Positions 55,269 to 64,000 of a stretch of 64,000 nucleotides of DNA are shown here, one piece after another. The translations under genes were made by a program, and so were the position numbers. The notes below the pieces were generated by a model, which was not told the origin of the DNA, did no database searches, and saw only the letters and a list, made by a program, of their open reading frames with translations. Source of the stretch: Candidatus Poribacteria bacterium (GTDB lineage Bacteria > Poribacteria > WGA-4E > WGA-3G); assembly GCA_965207855.1 (NCBI GenBank), contig OZ242310.1, positions 1,811,600 to 1,875,599 of the forward strand, given 5' to 3'. The first letter of the stretch is position 1. Every line of letters begins with the position of its first letter.

Positions 55269-56015
55269 GTGAGTAAAAAAATGCCACACTTTTTTAGGGC
55301 AGTGATATCGATAGTAGCTTTATTGGCGTTCATCTTCATCAATTTAAATCTGATCGGTTGTGGGGCAGATGAAGCAGAAACCGAGGCCGAAGTAGGGCAA
55401 CTCACAGATGAAGAACAGAAAAATCTGCTCCGATTTGTTGAATACGTGCTTTTTCCAACAACTCCTTACATAGATAAATCTTGGGTAGAGATAGTTCCAG
55501 AAGAAGAGGTGGCGGAAGCGGAACCGATTGACTTCGCAACAGAAACCGCGGCGATTCAACAGACCTTCACCGAATTTTATAATGCCTATAATGCCAATAG
55601 TACACGCACTGTTTTAGGGATTTTGTGGTCTCGTGGCATCATATTTCAGGGAAAGTTGAGTGCATCTACAACGAGGTCCTACATTGAGAATGCATTTATT
55701 GAAGCGAAGCGTCAGGGGGGGACAGCCGCCTGGGGTCCAACACCTACGTTGGCAGCATTTTATATCCGTCATGCGCATGTCCAAGCTCCTTATCCTGAAG
55801 CGAGCGCGTACGGGTTTAATGGTCCAGGCATCATATTTGATAGTGGACGTGCCAGTTATCCATCTACTATCACCTATCTGTATCTGGTAAAACAAGGGGG
55901 TAGATGGTTAATTAATCAGCTTTCTACCGGTAGTCCACCTCAGAAATACTTCAATGATCCAAAATATAAAGCCCCTGCAACCACTATAGACTGGACTCCG
56001 CTTCCCAAACGCTAA
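55269..56015 (+). CDS. Hypothetical lipoprotein (possibly NTF2/SnoaL-like fold)
   Basis: Lipobox NLIGCGAD; 248 aa; no firm family. Confidence 0.55.
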   Translation: MSKKMPHFFRAVISIVALLAFIFINLNLIGCGADEAETEAEVGQLTDEEQKNLLRFVEYVLFPTTPYIDKSWVEIVPEEEVAEAEPIDFATETAAIQQTFTEFYNAYNANSTRTVLGILWSRGIIFQGKLSASTTRSYIENAFIEAKRQGGTAAWGPTPTLAAFYIRHAHVQAPYPEASAYGFNGPGIIFDSGRASYPSTITYLYLVKQGGRWLINQLSTGSPPQKYFNDPKYKAPATTIDWTPLPKR

Positions 56016-56135
56016 CCCTCTGTTAGGTGAGATTTCTTATTCCGAAAGCCAAAACCTTCCCACTTGTTACTGGGAAAGAGACAGGTTTACAGTATAAAAG
56101 AAAGGCATCAGTTAAGAAGAACTCATGTTAGACAA

Positions 56136-58604
56136 ATGAAAAAACTTCATCCGCTTTTTACTCTTACGCTAATATGCCTCAGTTGCATAGCACAAGCACA
56201 CGCGCAAAACGCCCCAGATTATTTCGATCAGGTCACACTGTTTTCGGATGGCAGAATTACGCGCTTTACACAGATGCCAATTCAAGTGCATATCTCTCCA
56301 ACTCTCAAAGCACTCCCTTATTTAGCGGAGATCCGTTACGCTATGAACGCTTGGGAAACCGTATCCAGTGGGAAAATCCGCTTTCAAGAGACCCAAGTGT
56401 TAGAGCAGGCGAATATCCGTGTCACCGCGACCACCAGCAGTCGCTTAAGGTTTTTAGACACACACTTCGGTAGTGCGGAACTCACGCGCCTTGGGCAAAG
56501 AACATATACCGTCTCCAGCAATGATCTCCAGATACAAAGCCACAAGTCGGACAACCCTTCAAACACAAAGGTTGATTTTACAGTAGAGGTTATTCTTGTA
56601 TTAGCAGGGGATGGCACGACTGGCGAACTCACAAAAGAAGAGATGCGCACGGTCTGCCTGCATGAGTTTGGACACGCTATCGGGTTATGGGGACACAGCC
56701 CGGATCCGCTTGATGTTTGTCACGCCGCTGCAACCACTCAATACCCGACAGCCCGCGATAGCAACACATTGCGAAAACTCTACGACACCCCACTTCATGC
56801 ACCACAGCACGATATTGCTATTAACCTACTAAAGAAAGAAATCCAACCCAACACGAGACGAGCACGTCCGCACTATCTACTCGGTGCCGTCTACTTTGAC
56901 AAAGGCGACATGACACTCGCGATTGCCAGTTTTCAGAACTGCATCGGGATTGATCCCAATTTTGAACCAGCGCTCGAAAAACTGATTCAGGCTTATGAAA
57001 GAACAGGACAGTCACACCAAGCAATCCGTCTCGTCGAGCAGCGCGTGCAGAACCAGCGAGGACACCGTGGCTTCCGTGAAAGTGCTGATAGTTATAATGT
57101 TCTCGGCACGCTCTATTACCGCAAGGGTGATATAAACAAGGCGATGCAAGCATTTGAAGACGCACTTGAACGTTCACCACATCACAAAGTCGCAAAACGA
57201 AACCTACACCAACTTTTTCGCGAAAAAGCATTTAATGCTTTGAAGATAAACGCTTTTGACGAAGCAACCACATACTTCCAGAGAGCCATCTATCTCGACC
57301 CAATGAATCCTGAGACCTATCGACACATGGCAGATGGTTATGCCCACGTCTCTCAGTTTGCCAAAGCGATTGAATACTACCAAAGGACCTTGGAAATCGC
57401 ACCTGACGATCAGGCAGCGCAGCTGAACCTCGCGCAATCCTATAATAACCATGGTGTAACACTCAGGAATAACGGCAAATGGGATGAAGCGATTCGCGCC
57501 TACCGAAACGCTTTGAAATTGCAACCCACTTATCAACTCGCCCAAACAAACCTCAGCGATGTCCTTTGGCAGAAAGCGAACGCCTATCGGCAATCCGGAC
57601 GCTCCGCGGACGCAATCGCTACGTATCTTGAATTGCAGAGACTACATCCGGACGATATAACTGTCCTGAGTCTACTGGGTGAGTTGTATCTTAAAACGCG
57701 AGACTATCCGACGGCGGTTTCTGCATTTCATAAGGTATATACCGCACTGCCTACCGACAAACAGGCACGGCATAACCTTATCGCTGCATATCAGCAATAC
57801 GCACAGGCTTTGAGAAACCAAAGGAATTATAGTGCTGCAATGACGCAACTTCAGAAGGCAGTAGACCTCTTTCCAACCGATGTTAATCTCCGGATCAGTC
57901 TATCACAGGCATACCAACATGTCGGGAGATATGAACAGGCACGTGATGAACTGGAACAAGTTTTGGTCCAGGCTCCCGACAATACAAACGCGAAGACAGA
58001 GTTCGTGAATCTTCAAGTTCGCCGTGGAAACACCCTCATGAATCAAAAGAGATACACTGAAGCCATTGCTGTCTTTGAAGGGATTCCTGCCTCTGAAAAA
58101 ACTGTTGATATGCACAATGTGATTGGCTATCTCTATCTCGTTCAGGACGAACACCTCAAAGCGTTGGCGACTTTTGAAACGGTTCTGCTTAAGCACCCAA
58201 GGAATACCATCGCTTATCAAAACTTACTCTCCCTTGAATCGCAACTTGAAGTGGCTATTGACAAGGCGAAAACCGATGCACAGGCAACCGCAAGTACGGA
58301 TGAAGTTCCGCCTCTCGTTGAGAGTACTCCTGATCCCGATGCAGAAAAGTTGTCCCGTGTGCAGTGTACCCTTGTCCAGTGTTTAATGAACCGCAAACAG
58401 TCTAAAAACGCGATTGAGAAATACCGACAGGCGTTAGCACTGAAACCCTACACATCCGAATTGCGAGCTGTACTTATCCACACCGGCAAGCATCTCGCCA
58501 ACCGACTTCGGAAGCAGAATGACCCCGATAATTATGAAACAATTGTCCGTTGGGCAACAGCGTTAGATGCCAATTTTGAAACATCCCTTGGTTCCGATGA
58601 ATAG
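56136..58604 (+). CDS. Secreted zinc metalloprotease (HEFGHAIGLWGH, matrixin/M10-like) fused to multiple TPR repeats
   Basis: Signal peptide LICLSCIAQAHAQ; 'CLHEFGHAIGLWGHSPD'; long array of 34-aa TPR-like units (AxxYxxAL...). Confidence 0.75.
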   Translation: MKKLHPLFTLTLICLSCIAQAHAQNAPDYFDQVTLFSDGRITRFTQMPIQVHISPTLKALPYLAEIRYAMNAWETVSSGKIRFQETQVLEQANIRVTATTSSRLRFLDTHFGSAELTRLGQRTYTVSSNDLQIQSHKSDNPSNTKVDFTVEVILVLAGDGTTGELTKEEMRTVCLHEFGHAIGLWGHSPDPLDVCHAAATTQYPTARDSNTLRKLYDTPLHAPQHDIAINLLKKEIQPNTRRARPHYLLGAVYFDKGDMTLAIASFQNCIGIDPNFEPALEKLIQAYERTGQSHQAIRLVEQRVQNQRGHRGFRESADSYNVLGTLYYRKGDINKAMQAFEDALERSPHHKVAKRNLHQLFREKAFNALKINAFDEATTYFQRAIYLDPMNPETYRHMADGYAHVSQFAKAIEYYQRTLEIAPDDQAAQLNLAQSYNNHGVTLRNNGKWDEAIRAYRNALKLQPTYQLAQTNLSDVLWQKANAYRQSGRSADAIATYLELQRLHPDDITVLSLLGELYLKTRDYPTAVSAFHKVYTALPTDKQARHNLIAAYQQYAQALRNQRNYSAAMTQLQKAVDLFPTDVNLRISLSQAYQHVGRYEQARDELEQVLVQAPDNTNAKTEFVNLQVRRGNTLMNQKRYTEAIAVFEGIPASEKTVDMHNVIGYLYLVQDEHLKALATFETVLLKHPRNTIAYQNLLSLESQLEVAIDKAKTDAQATASTDEVPPLVESTPDPDAEKLSRVQCTLVQCLMNRKQSKNAIEKYRQALALKPYTSELRAVLIHTGKHLANRLRKQNDPDNYETIVRWATALDANFETSLGSDE

Positions 58605-58629
58605 AAGGATAGGTATGTATGAAATCTTC

Positions 58630-58652
58630 TTGTAGGAGCGAGCTGCACTCGC
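58630..58652 (+). repeat. REP-like GTAG-headed palindrome with variant stem (TTGTAG GAGCGAG CTGCA CTCGC)
   Basis: Read directly; 26 bp after metalloprotease-TPR gene stop. Confidence 0.45.
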
Positions 58653-58717
58653 GATGTGTACAATGAACAATTCAGTCGATTGGGTTGAATAGACTATAAT
58701 CCAAAAGGAGAAAACCT

Positions 58718-59887
58718 GTGAATAATTTTAAACTCACTCAGATAGGTTGCGTCATTGCGTTGATTCTCTACATCGGTTTAGGGATAGGCTGCGAACAGTA
58801 TAAAGAACTCACCAATGACCCACCTAAAGTAACCAATTTCACGGTGCCAGCAGAGGTTGCGTATGGCGAGACCGTTGTGTTCAGAATTAGAGTCTTTGAT
58901 CCCGAAGAAGACCCTCTGACGTATTCATGGGAGGTCTCACACGGGAGTTTCGTTGGTGCAGCAGGGGTTGCTGAGGTTCAATGGAAAGCACCTGAATTGC
59001 CAGATGAAGAGGTAGCACCACCGATAGCTGTGACTGTTAATATCGCCGTGAGCGATGGTGGCGATGAGGAGATCTACCGAACAGCTGAAGTTATCGTCTT
59101 CTCCAAACCTTACAAAGTCGCACGATCCCTGAGTGGCACGTATACGTTTGTTTCCAAGGAGGTTCACGGAGAACCTGTTGCGGAGGCGGGAAACATGCGC
59201 CTGACCCCGACAACCTTTACGAGAGAATTTCAACAGGCACAAGATGGCGAAGCCCAGGGATTGTCTCGATTTCTTTCGGGTTCCTATAAACTTATTGAAC
59301 CTTTTGACGAAAGAAAGGGAACGATCCATTGGTATGCGGACGCAGATCCGGTGCCTTCTGAAAGCACCTATACGTGGGATGGAACACTCTTGGTTCTCTT
59401 TTGGTCAAATGTTTCGACTCGCTATGTTTATAAGATGATAAGTCGGGGTTCCGAGGAGTTGCCGATTCAGGATGCCGGTACAAATCCAGAGCCGATTAAC
59501 ACCAACCGTGAACCGGGAAATGTCGTTGGAGGCGATGTTAATCCAGAACCGGTTAATGCCGATGGAAAACCTCTTGAGGTAACCGATGCAACGTTCCAAG
59601 CCATGGTCTTGGATGCTCCGCTACCCATTGTCGTCGAGTTTAGAGCCGACTGGTGCCCCTTCTGCCGGCAAATGAAACCCATCGTTGAGACGGTTGCCTC
59701 AGAAAACCGTAATAAGTTTGTTATTGCTCTACTGGATATTGATAACAACAAGCGGATACCTGAAGAATATAAAGTTGAGGGTATTCCAACATATATTATC
59801 TTCCAAGACGGTTCGGTCGCCGCCAGATTCGCAGGTGCTATGCCTAAAGCTGCCTTTCTGGAGAAAATCTTGAACGCACTACAGTAG
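58718..59887 (+). CDS. Lipoprotein with N-terminal Ig-like domain and C-terminal thioredoxin domain (WCPFC)
   Basis: GTG start after AAAGGAGA; lipobox LGIGCEQ; 'RADWCPFCRQMKPIVE...VEGIPTYIIFQDG'. Confidence 0.75.
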   Translation: MNNFKLTQIGCVIALILYIGLGIGCEQYKELTNDPPKVTNFTVPAEVAYGETVVFRIRVFDPEEDPLTYSWEVSHGSFVGAAGVAEVQWKAPELPDEEVAPPIAVTVNIAVSDGGDEEIYRTAEVIVFSKPYKVARSLSGTYTFVSKEVHGEPVAEAGNMRLTPTTFTREFQQAQDGEAQGLSRFLSGSYKLIEPFDERKGTIHWYADADPVPSESTYTWDGTLLVLFWSNVSTRYVYKMISRGSEELPIQDAGTNPEPINTNREPGNVVGGDVNPEPVNADGKPLEVTDATFQAMVLDAPLPIVVEFRADWCPFCRQMKPIVETVASENRNKFVIALLDIDNNKRIPEEYKVEGIPTYIIFQDGSVAARFAGAMPKAAFLEKILNALQ

Positions 59888-59948
59888 ATTTCCATGCCGG
59901 ATTCTGTTCTGAGTGAAGTTTAAGAAATTTAATAAGGAGGGGTTCCCA

Positions 59949-62900
59949 ATGAAAACTACACTTGTACTAATCCTGACTGTCATGTTTATGGTGTCTAATT
60001 TGCTACTAAGCAGTTTCGCAGTAGACCATCCGCAGTGGAATTTACCCGAAGGTGCCATCGCTCGCATCGGAAAAGGCTACATGAATGATATAAAATTTTC
60101 TCCGGATGGCTCCCGGATTGCAGCGGCAACTTCTAACGGGATTTGGATACACGATCCAAATACAGGTGAGGAGCTGGACCTGATTCCGGCAAAAGATGCT
60201 TATACAATCTCGTATTCCCCCGATGGTCGGCTGCTTGCAAGTGCAGGCTGGATAACGGAGAGAGTACAGTTGTGGGATACTATGAGCGGTCAACTTAAAG
60301 CCACATTTATAGGCGGCGGCTCTGGTGTCGCGTTCAGCCCCGATGGGCGTACCCTTGCCAGTGGTGACGGTTGGCATAGCAATAGGGTTCGTTTATGGGA
60401 TATTGACACCGGGCAACTCAAAACCACGCTCCATGGCGGCGGTTACGCGGTCGCCTTCAGTCCCGATGGGAAAAGACTTGCAAGTACAGGGGAATGGAAC
60501 AGTAGGATATTTATATGGGATATTGATAGTGAAGAACTCAAGGCGACCTCAGTTGGGCATAACTGTCTGGCAGGAAGCGTATCGTTCAGTCCCGATGGGC
60601 GAACTCTTGCTACCGCGGGGGGTGACCATAAGGTGCGATTGTGGGACGCTGCAACAGCTGAAAGCATCGGGATACTGGACGGTTATGCAGATGTTGTTGC
60701 GTACTCTCCGGATAGTAAAATGATTGCGAGTAATACAATGGTCTGGGATGCGCACACAAGAGCCAAAAAAATTAGACTCACTAATTATGCTATGCAAGCT
60801 GTATCGTTCAGCCCAGATAGTCAATTGCTCGCAGGCGGAAATGTGATTTGGGACATCAATACTGGACAGTCTAAAGCCACGCTGTCTGGTTATGTATTTT
60901 TCGGTGGAAGTGTTGTGTTTAGCCCAGATAGTCAAACGTTCGCAAACGATACTGATGGCGTGCGCTTGTTCGACGCTATAACCGGGCAGCATAAATCTAC
61001 CTTTACGAGGGGGGGCGGCATAGCGTTCAGCCCGGATGGGCGAACACTCGCAAGCGGCGGCAGATTTGAAAAGAGCGGTATGATTGAGTTATGGGATGTT
61101 GCGACTGGAGAAAACATAGCCAACCTCAAAGGACATACAGACCCTGTGAGGAGCGTAGCGTTTAGTCCCGATGGGCGAACACTCGCAAGTGGCAGTATGG
61201 ATAAAACGGTGCGGTTGTGGGATGTGAACACCGGACACCTCAAAGCAGTGCTTATTGGACATGAGGATGATGTGATACGTGTCGTATTCAGTCCGGATGG
61301 TCGGATGCTCGCAAGCAATGGTAGCTACGATAGGACGGTGCGGTTGTGGGATGTGAACACCGGACACCTCAAAGCGACCTTTGAAGATCATACTAATTCA
61401 GCCACAGATATAGTCTTCAGTCCAGACGGTCAGCTCCTCGCTAGTGCTGGGGGGTGGCACAATCCGCTGCGATTACGATATGTGAATACAGGTGAATTCA
61501 AAAACATACCAGGGTTAGATGTTGGCATTCATAGTGTTGCCTTCAGTCCCGATGGCACCTTACTCGCCTGTGGAGATTCCGAATTTAAAATTCAGTTAGT
61601 AGATGTCGCAACAGGAGCCGTCTTGGAAACCATCAATGGGCATGGGAGTCCAGCTGTGAGTATAGCGTTTAGTCCGAATGGTCAAAGACTCGCAAGCGTC
61701 GGGTTCAGTGGTGCCTTATTCCTGTGGGATCTGACGGACCTCCTCCAATATACGCTGCTTGATAATACAGACGACCCACAGAGCCAAGGTAATACACTTA
61801 TAAAACAATATGAACGAGAGTTAGTCCGGTTAATTTATTTTTGTCCTAATGACCGATTACCCCAACAAAGTATTGACACACAGTTGGACACTTTGATACG
61901 GGATACACAGTACTTCTACACGCAACGGATGCACGAACACGGAGGAAAGACTTTTGCTTTTGAAACAGACCCTGTGGGGAATGCGCGCGTGCATCATATT
62001 ACTGGCAAGTTTGACGATGCCTATTATCATGAGGACACCTACCACAAGGTGATAGAAGAAGTTACGGAGCAGTTTGATACCTCAACAAATGCCTACCTTA
62101 TTGCCGTGGATATAAGTACTGAGTTCATAAATGACGCAGGGACGTGTGGCATCGGAGGTGGAGGGTGGCGTGCGCACGACAACGAAGCGTGGCTACGAAC
62201 TTTTGGAGGTACAGCGGTGATACCAGCTTCCGGTGTCTGTTTTGGTGTGGAGATCGCCGCCCATGAACTCGGACACGTATTCGGTTTACAACATGACTTT
62301 CGGGATGATACGTATCTGATGGCTTACGGCACCCAAGAACGCCTGTCTCGTTGTGCCGCTGAATGGTTAGCGGTCCACCGTTTCTTCAATAATGATCCAA
62401 CCTTTTTTGATGATGCAGCAACGCTTGAGATGCGATCTTCCCGCGTCTCAGACGCGAATACACGTCAGCTCCAGTTTGAATTGACGGATCCAGACGGCTT
62501 GCATCAAGTACAGCTCCTGATTCCAGCGACTGCCACCGATCCCGCTCCCGGTGAGAAACTACAGAGTTGCCGGTCCCTGAACGGTACAAGTCAGAGCGTC
62601 GGGTTTACCGTCACTGGGTTAGCCGCTGCCCCCGGCACTCAAGTAACCCTTCAAATTATTGATACGCGTGGCAACATTACAAAGGAGCAGTTTCCAATTA
62701 TATTGGAGGAAGGTGTCGTCAACGCTTCACCGGTTGCTGTCGACACGATACCTGATCCTACGCTAACACCCGGTGCTACTACGATGCTAAATGCTTCAAT
62801 AGTGCCAACACAGACGCACCTGTTACCAAACTACCCGAATCCGTTCAATCCAGAGACATGGATACCGTATCACTTGTCGGAGTCTACGAATGTCCTTGTA

Positions 62901-63101
62901 TCTATTTATGCTGTGGATGGGAAGTTAGTGCGTAGTTTGGAAATTGGGGATATATCCGCGGGTATATATCAAAGCAAATCTCGTGCGATATATTGGGATG
63001 GCAGAAACGAAGTCGGTGACCCCGTCGCAAGCGGTGTGTATTTCTACACCCTCACCGCAGGCGATTTCACCGCTACCCGAAAAATGCTGATAAAAAAGTA
63101 G
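59949..63101 (+). CDS. Secreted WD40-repeat / metzincin zinc protease (HELGHVFGLQHD) protein with Por/T9SS-type C-terminal sorting domain
   Basis: ATG 59949 after AAGGAGG; >10 'VAFSPDGRTLASG..D..VRLWD' WD40 units; 'AAHELGHVFGLQHDF'; C-terminal 'LLPNYPNPFNPETWIPYHL...YWDGRNE...SGVYFYTL...RKMLIKK'. Confidence 0.85.
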   Translation: MKTTLVLILTVMFMVSNLLLSSFAVDHPQWNLPEGAIARIGKGYMNDIKFSPDGSRIAAATSNGIWIHDPNTGEELDLIPAKDAYTISYSPDGRLLASAGWITERVQLWDTMSGQLKATFIGGGSGVAFSPDGRTLASGDGWHSNRVRLWDIDTGQLKTTLHGGGYAVAFSPDGKRLASTGEWNSRIFIWDIDSEELKATSVGHNCLAGSVSFSPDGRTLATAGGDHKVRLWDAATAESIGILDGYADVVAYSPDSKMIASNTMVWDAHTRAKKIRLTNYAMQAVSFSPDSQLLAGGNVIWDINTGQSKATLSGYVFFGGSVVFSPDSQTFANDTDGVRLFDAITGQHKSTFTRGGGIAFSPDGRTLASGGRFEKSGMIELWDVATGENIANLKGHTDPVRSVAFSPDGRTLASGSMDKTVRLWDVNTGHLKAVLIGHEDDVIRVVFSPDGRMLASNGSYDRTVRLWDVNTGHLKATFEDHTNSATDIVFSPDGQLLASAGGWHNPLRLRYVNTGEFKNIPGLDVGIHSVAFSPDGTLLACGDSEFKIQLVDVATGAVLETINGHGSPAVSIAFSPNGQRLASVGFSGALFLWDLTDLLQYTLLDNTDDPQSQGNTLIKQYERELVRLIYFCPNDRLPQQSIDTQLDTLIRDTQYFYTQRMHEHGGKTFAFETDPVGNARVHHITGKFDDAYYHEDTYHKVIEEVTEQFDTSTNAYLIAVDISTEFINDAGTCGIGGGGWRAHDNEAWLRTFGGTAVIPASGVCFGVEIAAHELGHVFGLQHDFRDDTYLMAYGTQERLSRCAAEWLAVHRFFNNDPTFFDDAATLEMRSSRVSDANTRQLQFELTDPDGLHQVQLLIPATATDPAPGEKLQSCRSLNGTSQSVGFTVTGLAAAPGTQVTLQIIDTRGNITKEQFPIILEEGVVNASPVAVDTIPDPTLTPGATTMLNASIVPTQTHLLPNYPNPFNPETWIPYHLSESTNVLVSIYAVDGKLVRSLEIGDISAGIYQSKSRAIYWDGRNEVGDPVASGVYFYTLTAGDFTATRKMLIKK

Positions 63102-63208
63102 TCTTTGTAGGAGGAGTTTTCAACCACGACTGTTTTCTACCAACTATCTATTCTTCGCTCGTTCCACGCAGTTGATAACTTTAGCACAATCTAAAAAAGG
63201 GTGTTATT

Positions 63209-63913
63209 ATGAGATATTACTTGCCTGCATGTCAATGTCCGCTGATTAGTAGTAAAACCGCTCTTATGCTAATCAGCATCGTTCTATCTATAGTTTTAAT
63301 GCACAGCGCATCCGCTATGACTGCCCAGGAGGTGATGGATAACGTCCGAGAGCGCTACCAAGATGTTGAAAACTACGCTGCTGTTGTTTATACCTATAAG
63401 GCAGATTCAATGGATGTCTCGGAAAGCCTTTTTGAGACGCAGCAGCCCAGGGTTGTCTTCAACTTGTTTTTTCGGAAACCCGATGAGCATGTTGTCAAGG
63501 AAATCGGTAATTCCCCTCACGGCATATTCCGAATCGAGTTGCTAAGTGCCATTGGTAAGTTCGAGAATCGTGATTTGAACTTGCAAGCCAGAGATTTTCT
63601 ACTCGGACAGGAGTGTTACGTGTTAGAAATCCCGGACCCTGATAAACCTGGGGATAGCGTGAGGCTCTGGATTTCGCCCCAGGATTGGACAGTGCTGCAA
63701 CTGACTATTTTTATCAAAAATATGGAACTGGTACAGACACAATTTAAACACGCGCCTATTAGCAGACGCTATCTTCTTCCAGTGGAAACCAGAAGTTTCT
63801 TTCCCAGTTCCAAACAGGTGCTTATCAATCGTATTACGAACTATGAAATTAACACCAACCTCCCAGAGACGCTGTTTGAAGAACGGCTATTGGACCTAGA
63901 CACCAAGGAATAG
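63209..63913 (+). CDS. Hypothetical secreted protein, possibly LolA-like (outer-membrane lipoprotein-sorting fold)
   Basis: Signal peptide; 'TAQEVMDNVRERYQDVENYAAVV' N-terminal pattern common in LolA/RseB-like proteins; weak. Confidence 0.45.
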   Translation: MRYYLPACQCPLISSKTALMLISIVLSIVLMHSASAMTAQEVMDNVRERYQDVENYAAVVYTYKADSMDVSESLFETQQPRVVFNLFFRKPDEHVVKEIGNSPHGIFRIELLSAIGKFENRDLNLQARDFLLGQECYVLEIPDPDKPGDSVRLWISPQDWTVLQLTIFIKNMELVQTQFKHAPISRRYLLPVETRSFFPSSKQVLINRITNYEINTNLPETLFEERLLDLDTKE

Positions 63914-63925
63914 AGGAGATGCATA

Positions 63926-64000
63926 ATGCACAATCTCAAGAAGATTCCCTACATGGCTTGCCTCCTATTGCTGTTGCTTATATGTCATCGGACCAGCCAT
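63926..64000 (+). CDS. Start of a secreted hypothetical protein (runs off window)
   Basis: ATG 63926 7 nt after GAGGAGA; MHNLKKIPYMACLLLLLLICHRTSH signal-like. Confidence 0.35.
   Translation, partial: MHNLKKIPYMACLLLLLLICHRTSH

Overview
About 64 kb of densely coded bacterial chromosome, roughly 50% GC by eye. I count around 55 protein genes and found no rRNA, tRNA or CRISPR array. The window mixes housekeeping or metabolic genes with many secreted proteins. Housekeeping and metabolic genes include AccA, MurQ with a BadF-type sugar kinase, two gamma-glutamyltransferase (GGT) paralogs, an Fe-alcohol dehydrogenase, an NAD-dependent epimerase, three Gfo/Idh/MocA oxidoreductases, a formylglycine-type sulfatase, a BCCT transporter, PBP1 and BMP solute-binding proteins, an SBP56/selenium-binding protein, an S1/P1 nuclease-like protein and a UPF0210 protein. 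The secreted set is unusually rich in 'eukaryote-like' repeat proteins: LRR, WD40, TPR and BNR/Ycf48-like. Three large secreted proteins share a conserved ~90-aa C-terminal Por/T9SS-type sorting domain ('NYPNPFNPETWIPY...YWDGRN...ASGVYFY...RKMLI'): a beta-helix/PA14/cohesin/dockerin protein, an LRR protein and a WD40-metzincin protein. Accessory and mobile content includes an intact IS3-family insertion sequence with a slippery A7G site and a GTT target-site duplication; a ~135-bp MITE-like element in two copies, one truncating a DUF433 gene inside a small toxin-antitoxin/nucleotidyltransferase islet; and a family of short intergenic GTAG-headed palindromes with covarying stem arms that look REP-like. 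The most system-like feature is a sensor-less sigma54 activator (PspF/HrpS-like bEBP) flanked by two paralogous small helical proteins, with near-consensus sigma54 promoters in front of one paralog and in front of a WD40 gene. A 1137-aa cytosolic protein with a C-terminal winged-helix-like segment is unassigned. The gene repertoire (DUF1549, sulfatase, many Gfo/Idh/MocA genes, eukaryote-like repeat proteins, T9SS-type C-terminal domains) suggests an uncultivated, possibly sponge- or sediment-associated lineage that is Poribacteria-, Planctomycetes- or FCB-like. That is inference only.
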